A model generated the notes under the pieces. That model saw only the letters and a program-made list of their open reading frames with translations, did no database searches and was not told the origin of the DNA. Made by a program: the position numbers and the translations under genes. Shown here piece after piece: positions 1 to 9,285 of a DNA stretch of 64,000 nt (positions within the stretch are counted from its first letter, which is position 1; each line of letters opens with the position of its first letter). The stretch spans positions 64,001-128,000 of the forward strand of contig JBOEGF010000001.1 in assembly GCA_050633305.1 (NCBI GenBank), given 5' to 3'. This DNA comes from Nannocystales bacterium. Lineage in GTDB: Bacteria; Myxococcota_A; Polyangia; Nannocystales; Nannocystaceae.

Positions 1-347
1 CACAGCGAGAGGTACTCGGGTTCGGCTGTGCTGGCGAACGCCCCGCGCACTTCGTCCTGCGAGGCGACGGTCTTGAAGAGTTCGATTGCTCGGGGTCGGA
101 GCGCCTCGTCGACGTGGAACTGGAGCAGGAATCCGTCGTCGTTGAGGCAGTAGTAGCCGGCGAGCACCTCGTTGAGGACAAGACCGACGTGCGCGGCTGC
201 GGGGGCGAGCCCGCACAACCACATTCCGTCCAACGGCGCTGTCGCTCGTTCGACGTAGCGGCGGCGTAGCGGCGCGAGCGGATCCAGGGAGGGAATCGGG
301 CGGAATTCGACGGTCATCGCAGTTGGGGTCGTCGCAGTTGGGGTCAT
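1..347 (-). CDS. GNAT-family N-acetyltransferase (partial, runs off left edge)
   Basis: Manual translation MTPTATTPTAMTVEFRPIPSLDPLAPLRRRYVERATAPLDGMWLCG...FASTAEPEYLSL; ATG at 347 overlaps the TetR stop (ATGA), alternative in-frame ATG at 317; PLDGMW resembles a known GNAT subfamily. Confidence 0.55.
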   Translation of the reverse strand, partial: MTPTATTPTAMTVEFRPIPSLDPLAPLRRRYVERATAPLDGMWLCGLAPAAAHVGLVLNEVLAGYYCLNDDGFLLQFHVDEALRPRAIELFKTVASQDEVRGAFASTAEPEYLSL

Positions 348-356
348 CGCAGTGGA
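312..356. repeat. 15-bp tandem repeat x3 (ggtcrtcgcagtkgr)
   Basis: ggtcatcgcagttgg / ggtcgtcgcagttgg / ggtcatcgcagtgga, spanning the TetR stop and GNAT start. Confidence 0.85.
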
Positions 357-934
357 CTCGCAGGAGTCGGCGCTGCGCCGGTCATGAGCGCCGTTGCGAC
401 GGTGAGGACGTGAGACTTGAGGCCGGCGAGTGGGTAGGGGTCGTAGATGAACAGCGCGTGCAGGGCGATGCCATCGAGCAGGGCCAAGAGCACACGGGCC
501 TTGCTTTTGGCTTGGGCCACGCCGGCCCGTCGGAACCATCGCTGCACGAGGCCAAGGAGTTGCTGCGCACGTTCCCGAAGCGGCTGGGCGACGCTCTGGC
601 GAAGCTCAGGGGCGATCAACAGGGTCAACTGCAGCCTCAGGAATCGCCGCTGAGACCGGAGGAACCCGAAAAACTCGTCCACGAAGGTCTCGAGCGACTG
701 GGCGATGGGCTGCTCGGTGTCCAGGACACTGCCCACCTCCGTCATCTTTTCCGTCGCGTCGACAATGAGCGCAACGAGCAGCTCCTCCTTACTCGAGAAG
801 TAGTTGTAGACCAGGCCCTTGGATACGCCTGCCTCGGCGGTGATCTGCTCGACACTGGTCGCGAAGTATCCCTGAGACTCGAACAACGTCACCGCAGCGT
901 CGAAGAGCTTCTGTTTTCCTCGTTGAGGTCTCAT
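344..934 (-). CDS. TetR/AcrR family transcriptional regulator
   Basis: N-terminal HTH LFDAAVTLFESQGYFATSVEQITAEAGVSKGLVYNYFSSKEELL. Confidence 0.95.
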   Translation of the reverse strand: MRPQRGKQKLFDAAVTLFESQGYFATSVEQITAEAGVSKGLVYNYFSSKEELLVALIVDATEKMTEVGSVLDTEQPIAQSLETFVDEFFGFLRSQRRFLRLQLTLLIAPELRQSVAQPLRERAQQLLGLVQRWFRRAGVAQAKSKARVLLALLDGIALHALFIYDPYPLAGLKSHVLTVATALMTGAAPTPASPLR

Positions 935-940
935 CGTCTT

Positions 941-974
941 GCTATTTAACTGACTACGCGGTCAGTTAAATAGC
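941..974. promoter_or_regulatory. Probable TetR autoregulatory operator (perfect 14-bp inverted repeat, 6-bp spacer)
   Basis: gctatttaactgac-tacgcg-gtcagttaaatagc, AT-rich, 6 bp upstream of the TetR start codon. Confidence 0.8.
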
Positions 975-1031
975 CGCGGACAGCTGGCTGTCAAGGTGAA
1001 GGGAACAAGAAAGACCTGCGCCCGAAATGGA

Positions 1032-1067
1032 AAGAGGACCCGAGCGCGTGCGCAGGGGTCCTCTCTT
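1032..1067 (-). terminator. Rho-independent terminator after sppA
   Basis: aagaggaccc...gggtcctctctt hairpin just past the sppA stop; short U-tract on the minus strand. Confidence 0.6.
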
Positions 1068-1094
1068 GGCCGGTCGGCCTGTTGGTCAGACGGG

Positions 1095-3749
1095 CTACTC
1101 CGGCGGGGGCATCACGTACGGCATCACGGCGTGGACCTTGCCCTGCTCCAGGTAGAGCAGCGACAGCGGGAGCTGGGCGAGCGCGTCGTGCAGGATGCTG
1201 GGCAACATGCCGGAGATCGACGCCTGTTCGCGAGCAGCCTTGCGGCGTGCCTGGGCTTTGCGAACGGGGCCGGAGCCCGTGAAGGGGTCACCCACGTTGT
1301 CGAGAATGAGGTCCAGGAGCTTGGGCGAGCGCGGCAGAACCCGCATCGCGAGCTGCTTGCGCGGCTTGATGCCGGCCTTGGACCGCACCTCGTTGACCGC
1401 GTCCTCCAGGCCGCCCTCGCGGTCTGCGAGCTTGAGTTCGATCGCCGCTTTTCCGCCGTAGACGTGCCCTCGACCGAGCTCGTTGACCTTGTCTTGGGTC
1501 ATGCCCCGCGCTTCTGCAACACGGGAGGTGAACAGGTCGTAGACCCGCCCGATGCTGTCCTCGACCTTTTTACGCTGCGCGTCGGTGTACGGCCGGTACA
1601 GCGAGCCCATCCCGGGGTTGTTGCCTTGCTTGAAGGTGCTCACCGAGATGCCGAGCTTCTCGAGCAGCCCGGAGAGGTCGAAGTGAATGGTGATCACGCC
1701 GATGGACCCTGTGATCGTCATGGGGTCGACGAAGACGGTATCGGTGCCCATCGCGACGTAGTAGCCACCGCTGGCCGCGACGTTGCTCATCGAGACGACG
1801 ATGGGTGGACTGTCTTTCGGGGCCGCCTCGAAGGCCTCTTGGGTTCTCGCCACCTCGCGCCAGATGATGTCGGAGGCCAGCGCCGAGCCGCCGGGGGAGT
1901 CGACCCGCAGGACGATGCCTTTGCACGCGTTGTCGGCTCGCACCGTCCGGAGCGTCTTGGCAATGGTGTCGCCGCCTGCGAACTGTGTGCCGATGATTGG
2001 GATTGCCCGGCTGGGGCCATCGACGATCGCGCCCTCGACGAGGACCACTGCGATGTACGGCTCGCGTCCCCATGCCGTGTCCTGCGGCGTCGCGTTGTCC
2101 ACGGTGTCGATCTCAACCGGGGCTCCGATGTCGTCGCTGATCTCGTCCTCCAGTTCGTCGCGGAAGGCGATCGCGTCCACCAGCTTGCGTTCGATCGCTT
2201 GGGTCGGGCCATACGGAGCGTTGTCGAAGGCCTGACGGACTTCGGAGACGCTCAGACCCCGCGCCGAAGCGATGTCGAACAGGACCTGTTTGTAGATGCC
2301 AGACTGGAGCGCCTCACGCTGCTCGCGGTCGGGGGCGCTCGGCCCGGTTTCGCTGAATCGTTCTCCGGCGCTCTTGTATTCGCGGATCTTGATGACCTCG
2401 GCTTTGACGCCAACCTTGTCGAGCGCACCGCGGAAGTAGAGGCTGTCCGAGGACATGCCGTGCGTGTCGAGGGCGCCCGCGGGGTGGATGAACACCGACT
2501 CTGCGACGCTGGCCATGTAGTAGTCGCCCAGTCCGGCGTTCTCGACGTATGCGAAGACATGACCGCCCGCGTTTCGAACGTCGATGATCGCGTCTCGGAC
2601 CTCGTGCCGGGCGGCCCAGCCCCCACTCGTGTTCCGCGCGTCGAGCAGGAGGATGGTTCGTGGTCCGGCCTTTTCCGCGCGCTCGAGACGATCGAGCATG
2701 GAGATGAGCGAACGTTGACCACCGAGCTTGCCCAGGTCGATGCGTTCGACGCGGACAAGACGAGGCCAGAAGACGCGCCCGCGGCGTCTGGAGTGCAGGC
2801 GTGCGTGGTAGCCGACCCCGTCGACACCATCGGAGGCTCCGACGTGGACGCCCGAACCGATGCTGGCGAAGTCCCACGAAGCTTCGAGGGAGACCGAGCC
2901 ACGCAAGCCCTTGGTTGTTCTCAGCGGGACGAAGCTGGCTTCGTCGAGCTGGGTCAGGCGAACCTGCTCCACCTCGCCGCGCAGTCCCCAGCCCTGCCAT
3001 CGCAACGAGAGACGGCCGCGAGGAAGCAGGCCGTCGGTGCCGACGCGCGACGTGCGTTCACCCGGCGCCGCCGTCAGGACCTGTTGGCGAACCCCGCCCG
3101 CCAGCTCGACCAGGTTGGTGCCCAGCGGTCGCACCGAGAGCTCTCCGACCACCGAAAGCTCCGGAGGAAGGGTGTCGCTCTCAATGTTGACGGGGCTCAG
3201 GCGTGCGGAGGCGCCTAGGGAGGCGTAGTTGGTGACCCGGGTCATCAGGCCGATGTCGAGGTCGGGCCGCTGCAGCCACTGCCCCTGCGTGCGCAGACCG
3301 GCGACGCCGACCCCGAGCGCGGCAAACTCACCCATGCCCAAGGAGAGTCCCCAGCTGAGCTTGGTGGCCGTGGGGTTCGCGTCGGCGTCGAAGTCTGTGA
3401 CCCCGTCTCCGAGGCCAGGTTCCAGGAGCTGCGCGCCGAAGCCCATCGCAAATCCGAACCCGAGGTTGAACGCCGCAAACGCGCCGAACCCTTGGCCTCG
3501 CATGTAGCGGTCGGTGGTCTGGTAGCCCAGCAAGGTGAGGTCGAAGCCTCGGACCGCCGAGAGCATCGCCGGGTTGAGCTCGAGGCTGCTGGCGTCGCCC
3601 TCGGAGGAGTAGTCCTCATAGACTCGCTCGACACCGTCGGTGGTGGCGCGGTCGAGGACCTCGGGAGGGGCGGCGGAGGTCGTGGTGGCGAGCGCGGAGC
3701 TCAGCGAGAGGGCGAGCGCCCCGGTACCCAGTGTGCGGATCGTCTTCAC
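1095..3749 (-). CDS. sppA: Signal peptide peptidase SppA (S49, 67K type) with long N-terminal beta-barrel-like extension
   Basis: Two S49 domains; YKSAGE (Lys), RVDSPGGS, VSMSNVAASGGYY (Ser), TGSIGV; signal peptide. Confidence 0.9.
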   Translation of the reverse strand: MKTIRTLGTGALALSLSSALATTTSAAPPEVLDRATTDGVERVYEDYSSEGDASSLELNPAMLSAVRGFDLTLLGYQTTDRYMRGQGFGAFAAFNLGFGFAMGFGAQLLEPGLGDGVTDFDADANPTATKLSWGLSLGMGEFAALGVGVAGLRTQGQWLQRPDLDIGLMTRVTNYASLGASARLSPVNIESDTLPPELSVVGELSVRPLGTNLVELAGGVRQQVLTAAPGERTSRVGTDGLLPRGRLSLRWQGWGLRGEVEQVRLTQLDEASFVPLRTTKGLRGSVSLEASWDFASIGSGVHVGASDGVDGVGYHARLHSRRRGRVFWPRLVRVERIDLGKLGGQRSLISMLDRLERAEKAGPRTILLLDARNTSGGWAARHEVRDAIIDVRNAGGHVFAYVENAGLGDYYMASVAESVFIHPAGALDTHGMSSDSLYFRGALDKVGVKAEVIKIREYKSAGERFSETGPSAPDREQREALQSGIYKQVLFDIASARGLSVSEVRQAFDNAPYGPTQAIERKLVDAIAFRDELEDEISDDIGAPVEIDTVDNATPQDTAWGREPYIAVVLVEGAIVDGPSRAIPIIGTQFAGGDTIAKTLRTVRADNACKGIVLRVDSPGGSALASDIIWREVARTQEAFEAAPKDSPPIVVSMSNVAASGGYYVAMGTDTVFVDPMTITGSIGVITIHFDLSGLLEKLGISVSTFKQGNNPGMGSLYRPYTDAQRKKVEDSIGRVYDLFTSRVAEARGMTQDKVNELGRGHVYGGKAAIELKLADREGGLEDAVNEVRSKAGIKPRKQLAMRVLPRSPKLLDLILDNVGDPFTGSGPVRKAQARRKAAREQASISGMLPSILHDALAQLPLSLLYLEQGKVHAVMPYVMPPPE

Positions 3750-4192
3750 TGCAGTTCGTCCTCGGAAATGATGTCTACAAGTGCCAGCACGTGCCGAACC
3801 TCGAGCAGTCGCAGCGTCTCGTCCCAGGGGACCGCGATGCCGCGCTGCTTCTCGAAGAGGACGTTGGCCCCCAACGGGATGCCGCTGACGTTCTTGCCGA
3901 GGTCGAGACGGAGCTCGTCGTCGTCATCGTCGTCGTCGTCGAGGTCGTCCCCAAGGTTGTCGGCCTTGGGCATGGTTCGCGCGACCTCGAGCACCTCGCC
4001 CAGCAAGGCGGCGGCGTGGTCTTCCTTGACGCCCTGCGGCAGGAACAGTCCGGATTCTGCGCGGTCTGGTCCCTTGAGAATACGGACGAGCACGCGCGGA
4101 CCCACCGGCTGAACGTGGCGGCGGACACGAGCCGGCGCTTCGTTGTCGGGCGGGTCGGATTCGGGTGGCTGGGAGGAATCGTGTTCGGCCAC
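3746..4192 (-). CDS. GroES/Cpn10-like co-chaperonin with acidic insertion (orphan)
   Basis: VQPVGPRVLVR..ESGLFLP...GEVLEV...GANVLFEK..G...RLLEVRHVLALV matches the GroES pattern; start uncertain (GTG 4192 or 4225). Confidence 0.75.
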   Translation of the reverse strand: MAEHDSSQPPESDPPDNEAPARVRRHVQPVGPRVLVRILKGPDRAESGLFLPQGVKEDHAAALLGEVLEVARTMPKADNLGDDLDDDDDDDDELRLDLGKNVSGIPLGANVLFEKQRGIAVPWDETLRLLEVRHVLALVDIISEDELQ

Positions 4193-4259
4193 GGCGGTCT
4201 TGCGGCGTTTGTACCACCACCGCAAAGCGCAGCGCCGCTGAGGCGAGCGCGCCGGTGGC

Positions 4260-5627
4260 CTACAGGGCCAGCAACGAGTGGCCGGTGGTGCCGCTGATGG
4301 TGGCGCGGACGAGGTCCCCGGGTTCCCCGGCGCCCAGCGGGAGCAGCACCTTGTGGTACGTCGGCGCGCAGGCCAGCGTCTTGTCCCCGCGCTTGGATGT
4401 GCCCAAGATCAACGCGTCGACGGTGTTGCCGACCTGCGCATTGTGAGACGCGTGGGTGTGCTCCTCCTGCAGGTTGATGACATCGCGGAGGCGAGCGCCC
4501 TTGACCTCAGGAGGCACGTCGTCGACGAGCTTGCGCGAGGCGTACGTGATGCCCCGGTCGCTGTACTTGAACATGAACGCCGAGTCGAACCGGACCTCGC
4601 GCATCGCGGAGAGGGTCTGCGCGTGATCGTCGTCGGTCTCGCCGCAGAAGCCGACCATGAGATCCGTCGAGAGCGCGAGATGGGGAACGGCTTCACGCAG
4701 CGCACCCACGAGGTCGATGAACTGCTGCCTGGAGTAGCCCCGTCTCATGCGCTCCAGCATGTTGTCCGAGCCCGACTGCAAAGGAAGGTGCACTTGGGGG
4801 CAGACCTTCGGTTCGGTGGCCATCACCTCGATGACCCGGGGCGAGAAGTCCACCGGGTAGGGACTGGTGAACCGAATCCGCTCGATGCCGTCGATCTGGG
4901 CGACGGTTCGAAGCAGGGCCGCAAAGTCGACGTCTTCGAAGACGTAGGAGTTGACGGTCTGCCCGAGCAGGACGACCTCTTTGTACCCGCGTTCCGCGAG
5001 CACCCGTGCGTGCCGAAGGACCTCGCGGGGGGAGACGCCGCGTTCTCGTCCGCGCGTGTAGGGCACGACGCAAAACGTGCAGAACTTGTCGCAGCCGCGC
5101 TGAATCGTCACGAACCCACTGACGCCGTCGTCCTCGGCGTGGGGGTCGAGTTCGTCGTAGACCTCTTCTTTGTCGAGCTTGACGTCCACGACGGACTCGC
5201 CGCCGCGCGCACGGTCGACGAGCTCCGCGATCGAACGGTAGCTGTCGGGGCCGGCGACGAGCGAGATGTAGGGGGCGCGAGCTGCGACCTTGTCCTTGAG
5301 GTGCTCGGCCATGCAGCCCGTGATGCCGATGACGAGGCCCGGATTGTCGGCGCGGTGCTTGAGCAGCTGGCTGGTCCGACCCCATACGCGGTCCTCCGCC
5401 TTTTCCCGGATGGCACACGTGTTGATGAGGATGACGTCGGCCTCAGAGGGATCTTGCACCGCCCGATAGCCGCCTCGCCCCAGTTGGCCTGAGATGAGCG
5501 CGGAGTCGGCTGCGTTCATCTGGCACCCAAACGTCTCCAGGTAGACCGCAGGCGCGCTGGGGTCGACCTTCGTCGGTTCTGGGGGGTTGGGAGCGCCAGG
5601 GCGCCGAAGCTGGACCAGGTCGGCCAT
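4260..5627 (-). CDS. miaB: tRNA-2-methylthio-N6-dimethylallyladenosine synthase MiaB
   Basis: TFGCQMN, NTCAIRE, GCMAE, radical SAM GCDKFCTFC, RIRFTSPYP, HLPLQSGS; C-terminal TRAM-like region. Confidence 0.95.
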   Translation of the reverse strand: MADLVQLRRPGAPNPPEPTKVDPSAPAVYLETFGCQMNAADSALISGQLGRGGYRAVQDPSEADVILINTCAIREKAEDRVWGRTSQLLKHRADNPGLVIGITGCMAEHLKDKVAARAPYISLVAGPDSYRSIAELVDRARGGESVVDVKLDKEEVYDELDPHAEDDGVSGFVTIQRGCDKFCTFCVVPYTRGRERGVSPREVLRHARVLAERGYKEVVLLGQTVNSYVFEDVDFAALLRTVAQIDGIERIRFTSPYPVDFSPRVIEVMATEPKVCPQVHLPLQSGSDNMLERMRRGYSRQQFIDLVGALREAVPHLALSTDLMVGFCGETDDDHAQTLSAMREVRFDSAFMFKYSDRGITYASRKLVDDVPPEVKGARLRDVINLQEEHTHASHNAQVGNTVDALILGTSKRGDKTLACAPTYHKVLLPLGAGEPGDLVRATISGTTGHSLLAL

Positions 5628-5787
5628 ACGAGACAGCGGACATGCTTACGTCACGCTGGACCGACCCGCTAGTGCGTTGCTTGCGCGTCACACGTGGGCC
5701 ATCCTTCCCCGTCCCGACGATTCATGCTTAGAATCCCGGGCTCGCGCGGCACCTCTCGCCGCGTCTCGTACCGAAAGGGCACCACTC

Positions 5788-7143
5788 ATGCGCTCCTTGT
5801 ATCCGCTTTCCGTGAGTTTCCTGGTTGCCGCACTTGCGGGGGCCTGCACCGACCCTCCCAAGCCTGCGAAGGCCTCCAAAGAGGACCTGGCCAAGATCGA
5901 GAAGGAGGGTGGTGACAAGGCCACCGACACCGTGCTCGGCGCCATCCCCAAAGGCCCCATCGCGAAGGTTGGAGCCGTCGAAATCCCCAATGACGCGTTT
6001 GCGTCGATCTACGACCTCAAGGTCAAGAAGTACACGGACCGCGGACGGGACATCCCCAGCTCGGCCGACCGCCGCTACCGCAAGTCCATCGCCGAGCGGC
6101 TCATCTATCACGAGGTCCTCGCTCAAGAAGCCAAGACGCTCGCAGTCGAGTTCGACAAGACCGCGCTCGATGCTCGCGAGAGCCAGCAGCGGCGGGGCAT
6201 CCGCGACTGGGAGAAACACCTCAGTCGTCGTGGGGAGACCGAGACGTCCCTTCGGGACATGTACGTCGCCGAACTCCGAGAGAAAGCCATCCTCGGTAAG
6301 AAGGGGCTGCTCGAGGTCAAGCCCGAAGAGATCGAGGCGGACTATGAGAAGATCAAGGACAACTGGAAGTCCGACAAGCCTCGTGTTCGCGCCTCGCACA
6401 TCTTGATCCCCGTGGGGCCCAAGAAGGAACGGCGCCCGCACGGAAAGTCGGAGGAGCCCGAGGCTTCCGACGAGGACCGCGCCAAGTGGGACGCTGAAGC
6501 CAAGGCCAAGGCGGAGGAGCTCCACAAGGCCGTCCTCGCCGAGGGGGCGGACTTCGCCGGAATCGCCACCGAGAAGTCGACCGGGCCGAGTGCGGCCAAG
6601 GGCGGCGACATCGGAATCTTCACCGCGGATCGCATGGCGGAGGAGTTCTCCGCGACGGCCTTCGCCATGAAGGTCGGCGACATCTCGAAGCCGGTGAAGA
6701 CCAAGTTCGGCTACCACATCATCAAGCTGACCGGATCCTGGGGCCCAGGCGCGCTGCCCCTAGAGGCGCTCGAAGACCAGATCGTCAATCGCCTCGAACA
6801 GCGCAAGCTGCACCAGGGGCGCCGCGAGCTCAAAGAAGAGCTCCTTGGAAAATACGAGGTCGTCGACAACATCAAGCCGACGCTCGGCCCCGAGCCAGAG
6901 CGCAAACGATCCAAGTCGCCCCGTGGTCACGGTGATGGACACGGGCACGGTGGCAAGAGGAAGTTCGGTGGAAAGGCGGCTGCGGCCAAGGGCGACATCA
7001 AGGGCATGAAGAAGGACGGAGCTGCACCGAAAGCGGCACTCAAGAAGGACGATGTCGCCATCAAGCCCGCGCCGTCCGACAAAAAAACTCCCGCACCCGA
7101 GGGCAAGGAGCCCGCCAAGGACGAAGCGGCCAAGGGCGGCTGA
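5788..7143 (+). CDS. PpiC/parvulin peptidyl-prolyl isomerase lipoprotein (PrsA/SurA-like)
   Basis: Lipobox LAGAC; RASHILI, ST.PSAAKGGDIG, F...AF, ISKPVKTKFGYHII; basic low-complexity tail. Confidence 0.9.
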   Translation: MRSLYPLSVSFLVAALAGACTDPPKPAKASKEDLAKIEKEGGDKATDTVLGAIPKGPIAKVGAVEIPNDAFASIYDLKVKKYTDRGRDIPSSADRRYRKSIAERLIYHEVLAQEAKTLAVEFDKTALDARESQQRRGIRDWEKHLSRRGETETSLRDMYVAELREKAILGKKGLLEVKPEEIEADYEKIKDNWKSDKPRVRASHILIPVGPKKERRPHGKSEEPEASDEDRAKWDAEAKAKAEELHKAVLAEGADFAGIATEKSTGPSAAKGGDIGIFTADRMAEEFSATAFAMKVGDISKPVKTKFGYHIIKLTGSWGPGALPLEALEDQIVNRLEQRKLHQGRRELKEELLGKYEVVDNIKPTLGPEPERKRSKSPRGHGDGHGHGGKRKFGGKAAAAKGDIKGMKKDGAAPKAALKKDDVAIKPAPSDKKTPAPEGKEPAKDEAAKGG

Positions 7144-7164
7144 ACACCTCGCGAGTTGAGTTTG

Positions 7165-7198
7165 AAGGCCGCGCCGAGCAATCGGACGCGGCCTTTTT
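7165..7198 (+). terminator. Rho-independent terminator
   Basis: aaggccgcgccg-agcaat-cggacgcggcc-ttttt. Confidence 0.85.
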
Positions 7199-7340
7199 CT
7201 GGGCGTGGCGTGGCCCTCGTTCGGGTTGCTCCGTCCGATTGTGGGCCGGATGCACTTTGTTCTCACGGCTTCGGTTCGCGACCGTGACTGCTGAATACGG
7301 ACCGGGCGCCAGGAGGCTGCCGAGCGCCGTTGGCAGCCGC

Positions 7341-8267
7341 ATGCGCCTACTGACCTTCGATATCGAGGACTGGTTCCACATCCTCGAACACGAGCCGACC
7401 GCGGATCCCCGGACCTGGCCCCGGTTCGAGTCTCGGGTACGCCGTGGGACCGAACGGATCCTCGAGGCGCTCGCGCGGCACCAGCAACGCGCCACGTTCT
7501 TCTGTCTGGGGTGGGTGGCCGAGCGCTGCCCCGCGGTGGTGCGGGCGATCGATGAGGCGGGTCATGAGATCGGGACGCATTCGTATGCGCACCAGATGGT
7601 CCACCAGTTGACGCCCGCTGCGTTTGAGGCCGACCTGGCGCGTTCGATCGGTATTCTCTGTGAGCTGACCGGAAAACCGGTGACGTCGTACCGGGCTCCG
7701 GGGTTCTCGATCACGGCACAGACCCCGTGGGCGTTCGAGTCGCTGCTTCGAGCCGGGATCGAAACGGACGCGTCGCTGTTTCCGACGTGGCGGATGCACG
7801 GTGGGTTTCGCGGTGCGATGCGTCGACCGGGCTGGATCGAAACTCCGTCGGGACGCCTGCGCGAGTTTCCGATGTCGTTGTCCTCGGTCGCCGAGCTACC
7901 GGTCGCAGGCGGCGGATACTTCCGCTTGTTTCCGTCGCGGCTCGTTCACGCGCTGATACGGCGAGAGCCGTATGTGATGACGTACTTCCACCCCCGGGAC
8001 TTCGACGCAGGGCAACCGACCATCCCGGGGCTGAGCGCGCTCCGATGCCTCCGCAGCTACGTCGGGGTCTCGGGCGGGTTCGCGAAGTTCGAACGCATGC
8101 TGCGAGCGTTCCGGTTCGTCGACCTCGCGGAGGCGACGGCGCGGGTCGACTGGGCACACGCACCCACGATGCGGCCTGTGCCCGGACATGATGGCGGCAC
8201 GACCTGGGAACTCGTGCCGTCCGCTGCCAACGCGTCGACGGTCACACGGTTCGCAAAGAGTGCCTGA
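7341..8267 (+). CDS. Polysaccharide deacetylase (NodB fold, DUF3473/XrtA-associated type)
   Basis: LTFDIEDWF, ATFFCLGWVA, GHEIGTHSYAH, YRAPGFS, GGGYFRL, YFHPRDFD. Confidence 0.9.
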   Translation: MRLLTFDIEDWFHILEHEPTADPRTWPRFESRVRRGTERILEALARHQQRATFFCLGWVAERCPAVVRAIDEAGHEIGTHSYAHQMVHQLTPAAFEADLARSIGILCELTGKPVTSYRAPGFSITAQTPWAFESLLRAGIETDASLFPTWRMHGGFRGAMRRPGWIETPSGRLREFPMSLSSVAELPVAGGGYFRLFPSRLVHALIRREPYVMTYFHPRDFDAGQPTIPGLSALRCLRSYVGVSGGFAKFERMLRAFRFVDLAEATARVDWAHAPTMRPVPGHDGGTTWELVPSAANASTVTRFAKSA

Positions 8268-8336
8268 GAGATGCGGACATGTTCCGAGACCGCGGCGCCG
8301 TCGCTGGCGTCCGCGGCCCACGATGAACGTACGCGC

Positions 8337-9038
8337 CTAGAGGAACGTGCCGCCGACGTGCAGTCCGAAGATCATCTGGTGCACGGGAGCGATGTCGCGG
8401 CTGCCGGTATCGAGGCAGGTGGTGGTGTTCCCCTCTTCTCGACAGGTCTTGCCATGGGCGTTGAGCAGGAGGTCCATCTTCGCGCCCACAAACACGCGCC
8501 GGGTCACGAAGATATCGATGGTCGGCTCAATCTTGAACGAGAAGCCTTGCGAGTAATCGCGGTCCCCGTTGTCGAGCACGAAGACCTGGCGCGAGAACCC
8601 CGGACCCATCCCCAGACCGAAGTCGAAGCGCCATGCGGCGAGCGTGGGTCGGAAGATGCCGTAGATGCTGTTTTGATAGGCACGCTTGTAGGTGCTGCTA
8701 TCGCGCCCCTCGATTTCGTACGAGGTGTCGAAGAACCCGAGGTTGTACGAGGCGCCCAGGAATGCCCATCGGTTGAAGCGATAGCCCAGCTCGGCCCCGA
8801 GCCCGACCGAGGGCCGCGTCTCGCCGTCGACGGTGACCCCCCCTTCGCTGACACTGTCGCGGGCACACTCGGCTTTGCCGGGGATACACGCTGCGCCGCC
8901 CAACATCACGCCCCACTGACCGCCTTTGCGCGTGATCCGGGGCTTGGCGTCCGCGGTTTGAGCCAGCGTCATGCCGCCGAGGACGACGGCAGCGGCGAGG
9001 GGCAGGCGGGCGGAACGGAGCAAGGTGGAGGTCTTCAT
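8337..9038 (-). CDS. Outer-membrane beta-barrel protein
   Basis: Signal peptide MKTSTLL...ADA, alternating amphipathic strands, C-terminal aromatic near the end (VGGTFL). Confidence 0.7.
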   Translation of the reverse strand: MKTSTLLRSARLPLAAAVVLGGMTLAQTADAKPRITRKGGQWGVMLGGAACIPGKAECARDSVSEGGVTVDGETRPSVGLGAELGYRFNRWAFLGASYNLGFFDTSYEIEGRDSSTYKRAYQNSIYGIFRPTLAAWRFDFGLGMGPGFSRQVFVLDNGDRDYSQGFSFKIEPTIDIFVTRRVFVGAKMDLLLNAHGKTCREEGNTTTCLDTGSRDIAPVHQMIFGLHVGGTFL

Positions 9039-9285
9039 GACGGTGAGCAGCCGGGCGGTGTGGGCCAGGTCAGGACGGGGTGGCACACACGAACATTCAT
9101 CCGCGGCGCGCCCTCGAGCGCACCACGGGGGGGCTCCAGGGTCCAAGAAACCGGCGAGCGCTGCCTGGCGCAGAGTCCGGAAACGGTGCCGTGAGGGCAG
9201 GGCGTGGGCATGCGAGCCCCGCGCCAGTGGCGGTTGCGCACGGCCCGGCTGATGGGCCGGACGAGCTGTGGCATCCTAGTGGACG

